Shown: positions 41,723 to 55,856, numbered from the stretch's first letter. The stretch is 64,000 nt of DNA from Fimbriosthenelais zetlandica (GCA_977030845.1 OZ365110.1:41602001-41666000); one strand, 5' to 3'. Program-made: numbers and translations. The notes: a model not told the origin generated them from the sequence alone.

Positions 41723-43397
41723 ATATAATACTCACCAAATTCTATTATAAAATAGTAGAAATGATAGCATGCATGAATAAGGAAAGTTTAAAGGCGCCTG
41801 TCCCAGTAATCGTAATCCCAAGTTTCAAATATGAAAATTCTCTCAGACTTGGTTTGCAGTGTCTACACAGAGCTAATTGCCAATGGCAGAAGTGTAGCCC
41901 GACTGGTGTTGAAATTTAATACCACAATCATTCATGACACCAGAAGAGTATTAAACAAATTTAAATTGTGAAAAATTAGCAGCATGTGTGAATGAAATAG
42001 ACCACGTTTTAAGCCATCTTGAGATAATTAGATGATTTTCATCGAAGCGTTATATCGGAAGTCAGGCAATGTTGTCATGTGGATTTGACAGAATTAATGG
42101 CAGCAACCATTAAACTTCACGTAGAATCAATAGAATGCGAAAGGATCTTCAAAAAGATGATACCAACACCAGCCACCTCATTCCAGAATCTTAGTAAATC
42201 CCATTAAAGCAAGGTTATCAAGTAAAGGCTCATTGCAACGAGTGGAATATCTGAACAACAACCAGCAGATTCGATCGATTGGCGCGGTGTCGGGTGGTCC
42301 CAAAAAAGTTCCAGTAGCGTTCCCAGATTCCCTGAGAAGGGTTGTGCAGAATACTAACCATGGCAAATAACATGCGGTAAAAGATGGCGGAGAGTAGGGA
42401 AAAAACAGAAATAGAAACGGAATGGTAGGACTCAAAGAGTCTCAAGGAGTTAAATGTATGAAGGAAATGCTTTCTGGGAATTAGGAAAAGTCGCTGCGTT
42501 GTCATAATATGTAATGAATTTCAATGAAATACGACATGTGTTTTCCTATCTTAGTATAAACTGCAGTAGACAACATGACATCTTTCCATTAGAACGGGGT
42601 TAGAAGGCATTTCAATATTCTAATGCCATCTTTGAATAGGCCGCTACCACAAACCCCAAGACCCATTCACCCAGGGCGATTGTCATTCACCGAGACGCCA
42701 TCTACCGTGTGGGACGGATTAGAATGGAATTTCATGGTTTTACCTGTCACATTTCTCTGTGTGACTGTTTAACAGAATAAAAGCGATAGATTGGAAAAGC
42801 CATGTTCATGGTGACATTACAAGAAAAGGAAGTGTCATAATAGCTGCAAGGGAATATTTGGAAGGTGGGAAATAGAGATCAATTAAATGAAATGGAAAGG
42901 GAAAAAAATGCGAGATAAGACGGTTGATTAGATATAGAGTGAAGAGAACAGGAGGACTGAGAGAGACTGAGACAAACCGGGAGACAGATAGAGAGACAGA
43001 TATGAGAGGGAGTGTATAGACTGAGACAGTCTGATGGCAGTACTCTATTGTGGCGATATTCTGCTTGTGCCGTACTAGTAGTGTCACAAGCAAAATCGCA
43101 GCAGTAGACTCCTGCCTTTATATTATGGAGGGGCTGAATAAAAGAATGTAATATAGGTTAAAAATAACATAATTATAGCTGTTTTGGCTGGGGCAAGATT
43201 ACTGTGATACCATAACGGAAGCTACAGATTAGGAGGTATAAGATCTAAAGTAGCACCCAGTACAAGGACACCCCTGGAAACAACAAAGTCTCTATATTTT
43301 CTGTCCTTTAGAACCTGCCAGATGACTATATGGTCTACCTGTTCCGAAGTACTGGCGCCCTTGTCTATTTTGGGCTGGAAGTTCGATCCCAGACACC

Positions 43398-43427
43398 CAA
43401 TGACGTCATGTAAACGTGACGTCATTG
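43398..43427. promoter_or_regulatory. Twin full CRE sites (TGACGTCA) in an inverted repeat
   Basis: CAATGACGTCATGTAAACGTGACGTCATTG, with CREs at 43401-43408 and 43417-43424. Function not shown. Confidence 0.35.
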
Positions 43428-44650
43428 ATCGACGGTACAGTGCCAAATGGGGTGATCACGCAGCCCTGTTTTTGATCGGCTCACAGATCTACGCACACAG
43501 GTAAATGAGTGCGTACTATAGGAATGTGTGTGCGTTGTTGGGTGCAGTGTGCGTTGTCTCCGCACCCTCCACAGCTGCGGATCGACAATGTCATTGGCCT
43601 TTCAGCTATGACCGGTGCTGCACCTTTTATATGGGCATGTATTGCTCAGATACTGAAATTAAAGAGGGAAACACAGCTTTCTATAGAGATCGTATGGTGG
43701 CCGAGCTATCGGAATAAGAATTATATTTTGCGCCCAATAATTATACAGGTCAAGTTCTGTAACAGTCTGAAACACAAGAATAAATTCAAGATCACGATAC
43801 CTTCCTTTCTTTCCCAAGTATCCTATTTGATTCCTCACAGTTCGAGCTGGGGGTCCCACATTAAATTGATAATATGAGCCCATTTAAAAAAAATTGATCT
43901 GGAAGCTCTGAATATACCTAATTTTAATAACTATTTATGGAGACATTATGCACTTCGTTCAATGTTTGAAGGTATTTATGGAGTGATGGTCCATGAAGGG
44001 ACAAGAAAAGACATCTTTTGTTGTTAACGAACCCAAGCAAATAAACTAATTCAAATTTTTGTGGTGAGTTAGTGCACAGTGCAGAGAGGAAGCACAGTTC
44101 ACTTCTTAAAATAGTAGGCTACATCCAATTTTAATCATAACGAAAGGTGTATTTCACAATTTCTAGACAACGTGAGCTTCATATTGGTCAACAGAGATGT
44201 GTACAAATGTGCAACTGCGTCAATAATTGTTATCAAAGTCTGGGTTATTTTCATTTTACAGCCAGTCAAATGAGTACAGCAAGTCAAATTAGTACCAAAG
44301 TCCTCAGCTGCCAGTCGGTGACAACTTATTAATCAAATCAAATACGGATGTCTGTCGCTCTGTGGTTGAAGAGGTAACCTTTAGAAAACTAATTCCACTA
44401 CCTCTGACATTAGCTTATTGTGAGGCACCTTTCAACTTCTCACCAGGCTTCTAATCTATATTGGGAGATGAGGCAGACCCTGTATAAGCATTATCCACTT
44501 AGCCTACTGATGTCCCCTGTTTCAGACGGCATGTTAAAATAGTGTTTAAAACCACAGCTTGGCACCGATATCTTTCTTTATTTAGTATAGTATTTACCGT
44601 GCTCGGTATCGACCAGATCAATGTCGATGCCAGATCTGCAGAATTGTGAC

Positions 44651-44707
44651 CAAAAGGAATATTAGCAATGCTAAGTCTATGGCTAATATTCGTTTTGAAA
44701 CAGGCTC
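44651..44707. mobile_element. Left-truncated copy of the palindromic mini-MITE
   Basis: CAAAAGGAATATTAGCAATGCTAAGTCTATGGCTAATATTCGTTTTGAAACAGGCTC followed by CTG. Confidence 0.6.
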
Positions 44708-46485
44708 CTGATGACCAATCTATATTTCATTAATAATAAATCTCGTATCATTTCGTAATCTGCTTTTATTTGTGGAAGAACTTATATTCTAAAAGGAAGC
44801 TTATCATGGTAGAATTGATCTACATGCCTTGATGCATCATTATAATCCAATAGGCATAATTATGCTTTACAGTTAGATTATTATGCTATATTATATTGCA
44901 TCATGAATATTATTTTGATACAAAACATACATTTTGTGTAGAAAAACAAAGAAATATGTACACATCTGTTACTTCAGACTGAGCTACAAATGGTCAAAGT
45001 CAGTCGTGGTTGAAACAGAGATTTACAGCAATGATATTCGAGAGCGGATTGATAGTTCTGCTACAAAACACTAGAGGGGAGTACCAGCTACACATGAGCT
45101 GCTCGGTGTCTTCTCTCCCTGCCATGTCAGCACACATCTCCTTTCAAAGTTCAGGAAAGGTCCACCAGATGGACACCTGTGGCAGGCTAGGTTTTCGACA
45201 AACAAATCACGGCTTTTCAGACCTAATTGGGCCCCAATTGGTGGTCTATTCAAACATATTATTATAGGCTTAATACATTTGTTTAGGTAGGCTAATTGAA
45301 AATACACTTTATTTAATGAATTCTGGTATTTTCTTTGCCTTTTCACTGCGAAATGGAATTAATTCTACAGTAAATACAACATAAAGGGAGACGTACAGGT
45401 ACCCACTGCAATGCCTCTCTATCGGCTAGGAAAATCGAATTGACTTCATCCCATCGACCTCCCCTCACCTCCACTTGACACTACATTACAAGCGTCGACG
45501 GTACGTATCCGGGATGCGTCCCTGCCATCGATTTCCTCCCATGCCCACAATTAACTTTTGCATTCTTCCTATGACCTGTAACATGGGTCTGTCAATGAAG
45601 CGCCTCTGTCCCCAAATGCCCGCATGTTTTGATGCTTCCATGGCTATAAAATGCGTTCGGACAACGTTTTAAATCATGACCTTTATATTCCTAATATCTT
45701 CAGTGAATTTTATCGGGACTTTTTATCTTCAATGTTAACATATTAACTATACCCTGGATCTTAGTAAAATAAGACTTCAAACAGACATGGAGAGGGACAT
45801 TGTTGGCCTTTGATAATCTTTGATAATAATATCACAGTTAGCAGCACTCGTTGGAGAAAGATTCGTTTCCATGAAGTATGATAGCACTATCTTAACTAGC
45901 CGTGAAACAATTCCTGTATACCCAGCAGCTGGCAGGTGTAGACTACGGGTAAGATAACATAGTGCAAGGAAGATAACATTCACCATCGAGTTTTTTCAGA
46001 ATAGTTTTCTCTGCTTTGAGAGAGGGCTAATAAGAGACCCTATTAGATCCTATAAGCCACCATATTGAAAAGGTCAGCCCTTTTACTATGCTCTTTCTAT
46101 TTTGGGGGATAAGATATCTGTCTTTTTGTCACCAAAGACAAAACAAAGCCTATGGGAAGTTGGGTCGTGTGTCAAACTCCCCATACAGGTAATTCTTTGT
46201 TTAATAATGATCAGTAATGCGACCTGCCGCTGATTTTAGTCAAAGAAAGTTCAATGCAAATGCGTGATTCAGTGGCATAATAGGTCGAGTCAGGACAGTA
46301 AGAAGCTTCAGGTCTTATGCATGCCATCCTTGGAGAGCTAGGGCAATTAACAGAACATTTCGCATGTCTTTAAAACTGTCAAAGAAACAATGCAAGAATG
46401 ATTTCATCTGCAGGTTTTGATAAAAGAAAGACAATTAAGTCGCGTCCGAGTTGTCCGCCAATCGTTTTATGGCCGCCATTGTTGA

Positions 46486-46521
46486 TTGTGTGACCGATCA
46501 GAGTTGTGTGACCAATCAGAG
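46486..46521. repeat. 18-bp tandem duplication with CCAAT-box-like core, next to a YY1-like GGCCGCCATT
   Basis: ttgtgtgaccgatcagag / ttgtgtgaccaatcagag. Confidence 0.75.
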
Positions 46522-49458
46522 TGCTGAAAACTATGACAAAGCCAGTATGCCCTGAGCGGGAAATACTGGAACTAACATTCCCTAGTTGCCTATATGATAT
46601 GAGGAACCAAGGTTATTCCTAATGTATGGACAACTAATACGGGGGATAGCATAAATACCACAGATACTTTGTAAATTAATAAATGAGATTTATAGGGTTA
46701 TGAAAGACTAGGTGAATGCCCTCAGCATTGGCCTACATCACTAATGATTTCAGTCTACAAATAAAATCTCAGATTTATGCTTAATATCAGTGGCATAGCC
46801 TACTGCGCTGCAAATGTCCTCACATCTGGTAACGCCATCATGTCGCTGAGAAGACAGATTTATTGTCTTATCCTCTATGTGAATGTATCACATCTGTTTT
46901 ACGTCATTTTGTTAACATAAGGAGTGGTATCGAGTGGTGAAGAGGCACCATCCCCCTCTTAAAACATTGGAAAAGTTGGTCTCGTGCACCACGAATGACG
47001 CCACGTTATGATCGACGTAATTCTCGTGTCCATTGAGTCGTTCATCAGTTGCTTATGGGGTATCTCTGTTATAATTCAGTTATAACAGGTTAGCCCCCTT
47101 ATGGTTATTCTGCATTGGGAGTGTGGCCATTATTTAGCAGTTAACCCTTGTGACTGACTCTTCTATGGCCCCTATACTCTTCCACACACCTCACAAATAG
47201 AGCATTATAGGCACCTGTCATAAATAGTAAAACCCCTGCTAGTGCGGTTAAGGAGGAGGCAATGTGTGCCGAGAGCGCATTTTACACTTGTATTTGAGAA
47301 GGGAAGAGGGGAACAACAATATAAGAAACCAATATTAGAATTTCTAATATCCAAGCGTCTAAAGATGAGCAGAGGTATAAAAGGTTGTTTACTGCACCCT
47401 CAAGTTTGTCAGTTCGTTATATATGAAACCTGTCGGTTTTATATCGCAATATAAGTGGCAATATTTGTTGTAGCACTCGAGATTGCTGCTGGTTTATGTT
47501 TTGTAAATAAGTATTTTATGTGTGAATGATGAGCTTTGTATACACTATCTCATCTCTGATATGAGCCAGAGTGGGGACTCCACATAAAATGTACTTCAAC
47601 GAGCGAATCATTGTCCTGATATACTAATTGCTGGCTTATCAGTGTCTAAGGCCCTAACATACAAATCCGACCCACCAACCAACCTTCAGATTTCCCAGAC
47701 GTCTACCATTTTCATCATTATATAGAACTCTGCAGTTGGTTTAGGAACAGACCAAACCAACCATCAGATGAAACGTCTGCAGACAATGGTTAAAATAATC
47801 AAATATAATTATAAACTGGTCATGAAAAGTGCTATTTCCTTCTACTCACCAATAAAAGGTACTTTTTATACTAATGAACATATTTTCGAAGCACAAACAT
47901 CGTACAATGTTAAAAATCCCAAATGTTCAACGGTCTGGCGCCGTTCATACCTAATATAATATTTGCTTAGATGGCGACACTACCCTGTCGCCTGTCGCCG
48001 TCCAGCCTACTCCTGAACAGCGTGCCATCGTTTGAGTAAAGCTTCAGAAATGCCGCCGTCCGACAGCTGATATTTCCATTGTCTACCTCACCAATACACA
48101 TCATGCCACCCCGGGGGGCTATACACCCCTAGCCACCCTCTAACATTTAGAGTCCTAACTACCCACTAGTAACACCTAGGGTGTATCAGACAAGACAAGG
48201 AATAAGGCCTGGAAATATTATGATTATACCTGAAAAAATGAATTATGAGAGGTTAGGTTTCTTAAGGCGAGGCTTTTACATTATAATGAGAGAAAGTGCA
48301 TGTTAATCCACACGCACTACAGTTCATCGTGACATGTTTGGAGGAGGTGGGCTCAGAGATCCGTGATATAGGGATTTGGATGAGGAATTTTACCTGTCTA
48401 ACCTAATGGAGGTGCTAGGATCGGGGGAGGTTCAAGGCTGCAGCATGGACCCTTAGCCGCGCACCTGAGTATGGTGACAGACACTGGGGTCGTTTAAAAA
48501 GCGATCCTCTCCATAGGGGACTCAGCACAGGAACTTTTATTATGAAACTCACCCCTTGTGTGAGAACTCCTTACTATATAATGAAGGTACATCTACTCGC
48601 CATCTCTCTGTCACCCCGGCTGCCCAGGCCAACATTGAGCTTATATTAATTGTTTAAAAAGGAAGGTCGCCGGTAGCATAGAGAAATTGCCATCAAGAAA
48701 GCAATCATGCATCATTATATTCCTGAAATGAAGTTTTATTTCCAAAATCAAATGATGCGCAAATTTATAGAGCACAATATAGGCACCCCTCGCAAATAAC
48801 CATCCCCCTATTCGTGCAGTTACACTGGCAGTTGCGGCATACCATCCAATAGCACCTGATAAGCAATTGATGGCTGCCTCATATATACAAGCATATATAT
48901 TAATTTATATTATGAGTGACGTACATCACGAAAACGGCTCAGTGGGCATGCATGGGGCTTAAAGCAATTTAAACAGCATGTACATATAAGGGTTTAGTAT
49001 AATGCTCCTATTACACTTCCGACACACTGAACTTTCAATCACCTTATCATGCACTTTGCATATCATCATACAGGTAACAACTTAATTCAAGTCCCACGGC
49101 AACACTCTGTTTCGTGTCTTTTATTCCGCAGAGAAATTATGGGAAGCTTGGCTAGTTTATTAACATTATTAACTATTTTTTTTCGCAGTCCAAAATAACC
49201 CGAAGGAGTTTGACACTAATTTCCGTGGCAAATGAAAGATGAAACCTGATGTGAAAGTTGTTGGAGTTGGATTGCAACAACCTGATCATTTGACACTGCG
49301 AACATAATACAATCCCCCCAGATCTTTTTATAGGACAAAGAAACATGATCCAGAACAATGTCTGCACTTAAGGGAGGAAATGTAAAGAGAGTGGATAATA
49401 CAGGGCTCCAAATAGAATTGAGGAGGATCACCAGAGCTGAAATGTCATCTCACTTTAC

Positions 49459-49828
49459 CTTTTTTGGCTCCAGGGAATCGTTGCCCTTCTTTTGCGATGT
49501 CTGGATCGTGCGGGATCCACAGGGATGACCATGACTCCTCGGTCCTGAGGGATGGATTTCCGAGGTTCAGCATACCTGCCTGACTGACTGAAAGGCGGGG
49601 TGATGATGGTCAAAGTGGTTGGGAATTCTGGTCTGTTGTCCATACTTGTTGATGTGCTGCTGGGTGGTATGTGGTGGACATCCAAATGGATTCTGTCCTT
49701 GCTTTGGTCAGTCTGTGGAATGTCCATTTTGGTTTTTTAAGGGTCAACAAAGCAGTTTCTTTATCAGGGAGCGTGATGCTGTTGATTCCTCCGTTTGGCA
49801 GCGTCAGCTGCTTACAACAGGGCAGTGT
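49459..49828 (-). CDS. Candidate first coding exon of a long-intron minus-strand gene (about 100 nt 5'UTR, ATG at 49727; MDIPQTDQSKDRIHLDVHHIPPSSTSTSMDNRPEFPTTLTIITPPFSQSGRYAEPRKSIPQDRGVMVIPVDPARSRHRKRRATIPWSQK, phase-2 end); product unknown
   Basis: The minus strand has an acceptor ctccctgtctctttcactgtctatttaataatag|ACAC at 49828, in-frame stops just upstream of an ATG in AACCAAAATGG context, an open frame of 90 codons with locally raised GC, and a donor CAAAAAAG|GTAAAG at 49459. No homolog recognised. Confidence 0.5.
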
Positions 49829-50504
49829 CTATTATTAAATAGACAGTGAAAGAGACAGGGAGATCATAGACAGTGAGAAAACAGACGAGGTTATTATAGC
49901 TTCTGGATAAAATAGAAGGGGATCTAGAGTAAGCTTTTGAGGTGGGAATCGATCCCCAAAGTGTCAGAGACAGAGAGGGAGAGCTGGAAAAGCAAGGGGC
50001 TCCTTGTCAGATTAATCTGTCGGACCTGATCACACTGAGTTTATACAGATTACAGATCACATTTGCTGCTGTTTGTCCTGCAGCTATAATCAGTCTCCAG
50101 CGGTAATACCTCCGCTGCTATCTGTCAGTAGTTCTCGGCTATGTATCTGTCATGTGAACCTTTTCAGCGCCAACCAATGTTTGACAAGGTATCATAAGTC
50201 TGTGACAGACCAAATAGACACAATGCTATCCTTATCTGATGACCTCAACTCCAAGCCTGAATGGCACTCAAACAATATCTGGATGTCACTGTCCTGGTTT
50301 GTTGAACTTGCAGAGTGTCCAGCATCAATTATTCTGTTGACGAGTCCCGTGTATTATTATCCAGCAATCAGGCGCATTTCAAAATCCATATCATACAAGT
50401 ATTATGAAAGAATGCAGTAGTATGCTAAAAGGATGTTGTCCAAAGTTCAAAGTCAAACAACAACAGCTGTTCAATTCATTTCATTTACACCGATGTGCTT
50501 TTAA

Positions 50505-50708
50505 AGTGGCTCTATCGCTGAACTTTACCTTGACCAGAGAGTAGGATTTGGGGATCAATCACCACTGGTCTTATATTAATTAGGCAGTACTGAAGTTGAT
50601 TTCTAAGGTGATTTCTCAGCCAATGCACCAGCTCAAATCTGCTTAAAACGCTGATAGTCCATACCAAACTGATACAGGTTTTCATTAATTTAAGGTGATA
50701 GCGCAGCT
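50505..50708. mobile_element. 204-bp Kolobok-like MITE flanked by TTAA, inverted relative to the 23468 copy
   Basis: TTAA|AGTGGCTCTATCG ... GGTGATAGCGCAGCT|TTAA. Same length as 23468-23671 and matching ends (cgatagagccact versus cgatagaaccact). Confidence 0.55.
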
Positions 50709-53700
50709 TTAAGACTAGTGATTGGATCGCCCAACCTCACCAGTCAGATACCGGCAATGCTATATCACTATGATTTATAGCTTCTTTGTAATGTAAATCA
50801 GCACCCACATGGAGTTGATGGGTGAGAGTCGGTACTACACCCCGCCCACCAATGTTTCACATGCCAGGATGACAGGAAAGAGAGAATCCAGTTACCATAG
50901 TCCATACACAAACAAATCGTCCTCCATTTCATTCCCTTTTAAGACCTGTTCCAATCAGCCCTACCACGAAGCTGTCAAGAGGTCCTCAATGCTTGGGCTA
51001 AATTTAGCACCTCCCTCCCATCCAGGGATCGATGTCAAGTTAGGAGAAAATCTCTAGAGTCTGACAGATTTTAGTGATCCCCGAAGGCAGAAGCTTAATA
51101 GAGAGATCTTGTAAATCTCCTAGAAACTGACAAGGGAAATTTATTGGAGAATCCAAAGGTAGGTAGGTTAGCGCCAAATCCCATGTGTGTCTGTTACACT
51201 ATTTTTGATGCCTGCCTCAAGGGAAGAGAGGCTAATCTGAACATGTATATAAATGTTATTGTTAGATATTGATAAGCTCTTTGTTTTTATATCATGTGCA
51301 ACAAGTGCATGTGAATACAAGCCCGTTGATAACCACATCAAACAGGATACAGATGGTCCATGGTGGAAGTGTCTTTTGAAGGCACAAACACAAGAATCTG
51401 ATGCAGTCCAGTTGTCAATGTAAATCCAGGTCAAAATGAACTTGTCCCTTCAAGTAGAACTATCTAAAAGTATACAGAGATCTATAATAAAACACCCTAT
51501 ATAATAACACAGCGTACTGAGCAGTATACTTGCTTGGATCTCAGATAGTAAATGTCAGTGTCCACATTATCGCTATTATAGTCAGGCATCTATCACGGCT
51601 GGATTCTGAATGTTATCTCCGAAGCTGGGACTATAACCACATGTTCACATTTGTCCATGGTATACCACCACTATCGAACTTTCATGTGGATAGTCAGAGT
51701 GAACAGGGAGATGGTTATAAATAAAGCGAGGAATATGGACCGAGAGGGGAAAAAAAGATAAATAAAAAAAATCCAGATAGGGCGCTGCTTGCTATTTAAG
51801 CTTGCCTGGCGGTGGGTGGTTTGTCGGAGAGCTATATAGAGATACAAACTTGATTATAGGTCCATCGACTTACCATTGCATAGATGATAAGCTTTTTTTC
51901 TGTCTATGACCTTATAACGAAGCATCCCTCTTGAATAAGACTATATAGTGATGTTGATAACAAGATAGCAGACACCATCAGTGTAAATCACTTTGCTTGG
52001 TGGCTGTTATATACTCATATATCTACCAGTAAGGAAAGGCCTGAAAGCTCCAAATGGACACTGATAGGTTCATGGCTTAAAGAACGTATAAATTACCTTT
52101 TTTACGATAGATTTCATGAATATCTCGAGGAAAGTCCTGAAACTTACAAATGTACATACTGATATATAATATGTCCATTCCAATGTAAGGAATCTATTGA
52201 ATCCAGAACTAGATCCTATATGATCTCTATAAATAAGCCAGTTTAGAAATATCCGCAGTTGCACTATGAGGTCTGTATCTATAGGCTATTTAGTGCCCTT
52301 CTCTCTTGGATGATAACACTATACAGGCCATAGAATGTGGGATGTACCCATCTATATAGTGCTATAAATACTCCTATGCCAGGAGTGTAACAGACGCGTT
52401 TGCTTGTATAGAGATTCTATGGTGTTCTTCGGTGGAGAATTGAACAAGGCCATTATAACAGTGGTGTAGGCAGCTTTTATGATGCCTACAATAAAGACAG
52501 GTGAGTCCTTCACCACTCCAGGTGGCTGATCAAGTGGAGAAGCAATGGAAAAGCTAAGAAAATATGCCTGAGGGGATGCTGTAGAGAGGACTCAGTCTAT
52601 TCACACCCACGTGTGACTGTCCACACCAAATTCCTTTAGCGGTCGTCCAGGTCGTCAAGACGACCTGAATTTATACTGGACGACCTGATCGTCCATTTAG
52701 GTGGTTTGAAACTGACTCTACTGGGGACTGGGGACTTCCAACCATCGGGAGTCACAGTGACTGTGCTGGGAAACTGGACCCAGCAAGAGAAAAGTGGGCC
52801 CATATTGGTAAGAAAATGTACCCAATAGGTCTGATGCTGTACCAAATAGTACCAAACTATAAAAGGACCGGCACTACCAAATGACAGGAAGCTGAGGCCA
52901 AAATACAGAAAAATGGGGCCAATAAGCCAGGCAACTGGACCTTGCAGATCTGATCAGTTCTGCCGAATGGAAAATGAAGTCCTGTTGGTGTAGCTGGATC
53001 AAGATTGACTTTTATACCCAGTCTTTCTGTCTGAATGTGATAACGGTTTCTGGGGCTTCCTGCCTCTTCAGTGTGGTGTCAGAGAGTACGAAGATTGAAG
53101 ATAAAGTGCGTGCAAGAAGAGTGGAGAATTTTATGCTTCGTTTCAACACAAAATAGGCCATTGAAACAATGAATAGCTTCTGCACGGAAGGGCTCATCTG
53201 AGTCCTGATGTTTTTCTGCAGTATACACGTACTTCAATCTGTCAATCTGAACATGGGAGGAATATAACAGATCTTGAAGTTGCCATCAAGCGGAATAAAT
53301 CATGAACGCTGATCAATAGCCTAATTATCCCTTCCCATCAATTGAAAGGTGGGCTATAGATAATAAATGTAATAAAAACCCCCATTAAGCATCAGAGAGT
53401 ATTAAATAACCAAAGAATTACATTGATATAGATCAAGGCTGGAACACTATCTATAGTGTTTTTGATCATAATTGGCCTCGGAACGTATTAATCTTTGCCC
53501 TTGACTGTGAAGGCCTATTGCCTTTGTAAACGTGCAGGTGAGCTCCTGATGGAATAGCAAGCTCTAGCCCAGCAGATATTTCAGACCTTGACCTTTTCTG
53601 AATGCAGTATTCTCTAATATATATTGTCCCTCTTGGATTCTGTCCTTCAATCCCATCAGGACAGGCTGTCTCCGTTCACACAAATTGAAAGGCCACGGCT

Positions 53701-55856
53701 GCCAGATTCAATAGGATGCTTTCTTCACCTGACAATTCAGAATAATGGAAGTGCTTCAGTCTGAATATTAAAAAGACATTCAAAAGATTGAATTTCATCT
53801 CCCCCAAAACCTCACAAATCGGGGTAATTATTAAAGAAGACTCTTTGCAATACCTTGGTAAAAGTGTAGACCTATATAATTGAACTACATTTCAATCTTC
53901 GCCGTCTGGACAAAAACAAGGATCCATACTTCTATGATTCAAGCTAGATGCTTTTCAGTGGGTGAATATCAGGGGAGTTCATATCTGTCTAACATATTCC
54001 ATGTAATGGTGACTTCAGCAAAAGGTCAAAAAAGATCATCCGAGAGGAAGACACTTTTCCTGGGATGATAAAATATCCCCTTAATCTTATCCACCTTATC
54101 TGGAGCCTGACCAGAAGTAAGGAGTAATATTAGGCGCTTCTAATGATGCATGAGCCAGGAGGTTGTTTGTTATCTCAAGGAACAACCTAGAAACCATGCA
54201 GCAAAATGAAACACTAAGGGACTTCCCCCTTCATCTTAAGCTGAGAATAGCTCAAATGAGAGGAGCAGGCTCATATCTTGTTGCACTGCCTTGATGAAGT
54301 ATCCTACTCCGAGGCCATGTCATCATGAGACCAACTTCTTTAGCTGATTCGCAGGGACCTGGATTGATTTCTTGTTTCCTCCAATCACCCTGTCTTCCAA
54401 TGAAAGGCCCCGAGAAACAAGCAGCATATGGCACGCAGTAGCCGACAAGCTTTTGATTGGGTCTGTAAGGTAACTGTTGCCTGGTTACAGGGTCATTTCC
54501 ATGTTATTCTCTACGATAACTTGTCTTCAGTAGAGAACATCTTTAACCATCCAAAACCAAAGTAATGGGACTCAACTCTCTACACAAGCTGACACAGAGT
54601 ATATCTAGAGCTATTCTGCTACTTTTAAGAAGGGGCATTTGACACATACTGAGTGTCCTTTGTTCTGTGGTGCCCATTAACACTAAATCACTAGCCCTAA
54701 GTGATTTACAAAGCAATTGGAGGGCAAGTGTCTTACTCTCCTTCCTATAGGACCTGTTGCTTCGGTCAATATTAGAAGATCCATTCAAATTTAGCGAGCC
54801 CCTGATAGTGCAGTTACAATTGCAGCAGGTGTACGACTGAAAATCTGGTGAAGCTAAACCATGCTCATTTTCAAATGTTGCCCACCCATCTTGCAAATGG
54901 TAGCCTGACAAAACTTGGTGACAAAATAAGCAACACCTATCTGGCAGTCAATATCCTAAATCTATATGAATGTGAAGGACATGCAGGGAGAAATGGTGGT
55001 CAAGCAGCACATAAAGGGCACCAGATGTGTGCTGTTAAGCCTTCAATAATGCTCACTTATTTCTGACGTCCCTCATTGCTTCAGCCTTACATGACAAATA
55101 GCCGCTTGCACGTGGTCATTTCAGCAGCCATTATCCCAATCTGTTGGTCAAAGTTACTTATTAACCACTGGTTCAGGACCCATCACACCCAACAGCCTTA
55201 AGTACATTAATGATTTTAATTACCCAGTACAAAACTTAAGGAGTAATTTCCTTCAGTTGAATGATAATTAAAGATACCGCTCATGAAGGGTTTTTAGTTG
55301 GCTGCCTCGTGTTTGTGTGAAAGGTGAGGTAGGGAGATCGGATGGAGTCACCTTGGCAAGGCGAAGCCATGGAATTACCTGTGCTTCGTACACTCATCCA
55401 TTAACACTACAAGGCATTAGCCAGGCCTCGATGACTGATTGACAAGATCAAGTAATCACTCGTTTTATTGCTATAGTCTAAGAAATTAACTCAATGAAAC
55501 TTTATATCCAAACTGCCAGCAAGAAATCTCGCATTTAGTTGCGTTCGTGTTCTAATTACTGGCGCTGACTAATTGTAGAGTAGGCCTGGCAGGTTATTAA
55601 ACTCACAATTGACATTGGTTGAATGTCATAATGTAAAAGAGAAGTGCATTACTGGCATGCTTGTAGGGGACATTTTGAGTTCGTTTCACTATTGGTTTTA
55701 ACTATGACAGATTAGTATTAACTATGGTTAATGATTTCCTTGAAATGGACTCTTGAACATTTTCATATATATGGGTAATCATAAGAGTATAATTATGTGT
55801 CCTAAAACCCACTCAAACGTTCAATAACCTAAATTAAACACTGTAAGCAAGAACTA

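Noticed and set aside
52499-52506. Plus-strand AG|GTGAGT (also 56262-56269)
   Set aside because: No upstream pyrimidine tract and no nearby downstream donor, so these are not recursive-site candidates. They serve as internal negative controls.
52941-53238. Minus-strand frame of about 100 codons with a single TGA
   Set aside because: Weak donor (GTCCAG), no recognisable homology, and both strands have similarly long frames, so it is compatible with chance.
6447-53238. Idea that recurring in-frame TGA codons indicate selenoproteins or stop readthrough
   Set aside because: No SECIS-like structure was identified, the segments are not parts of one coherent gene, and CGA>TGA decay or chance explains them.
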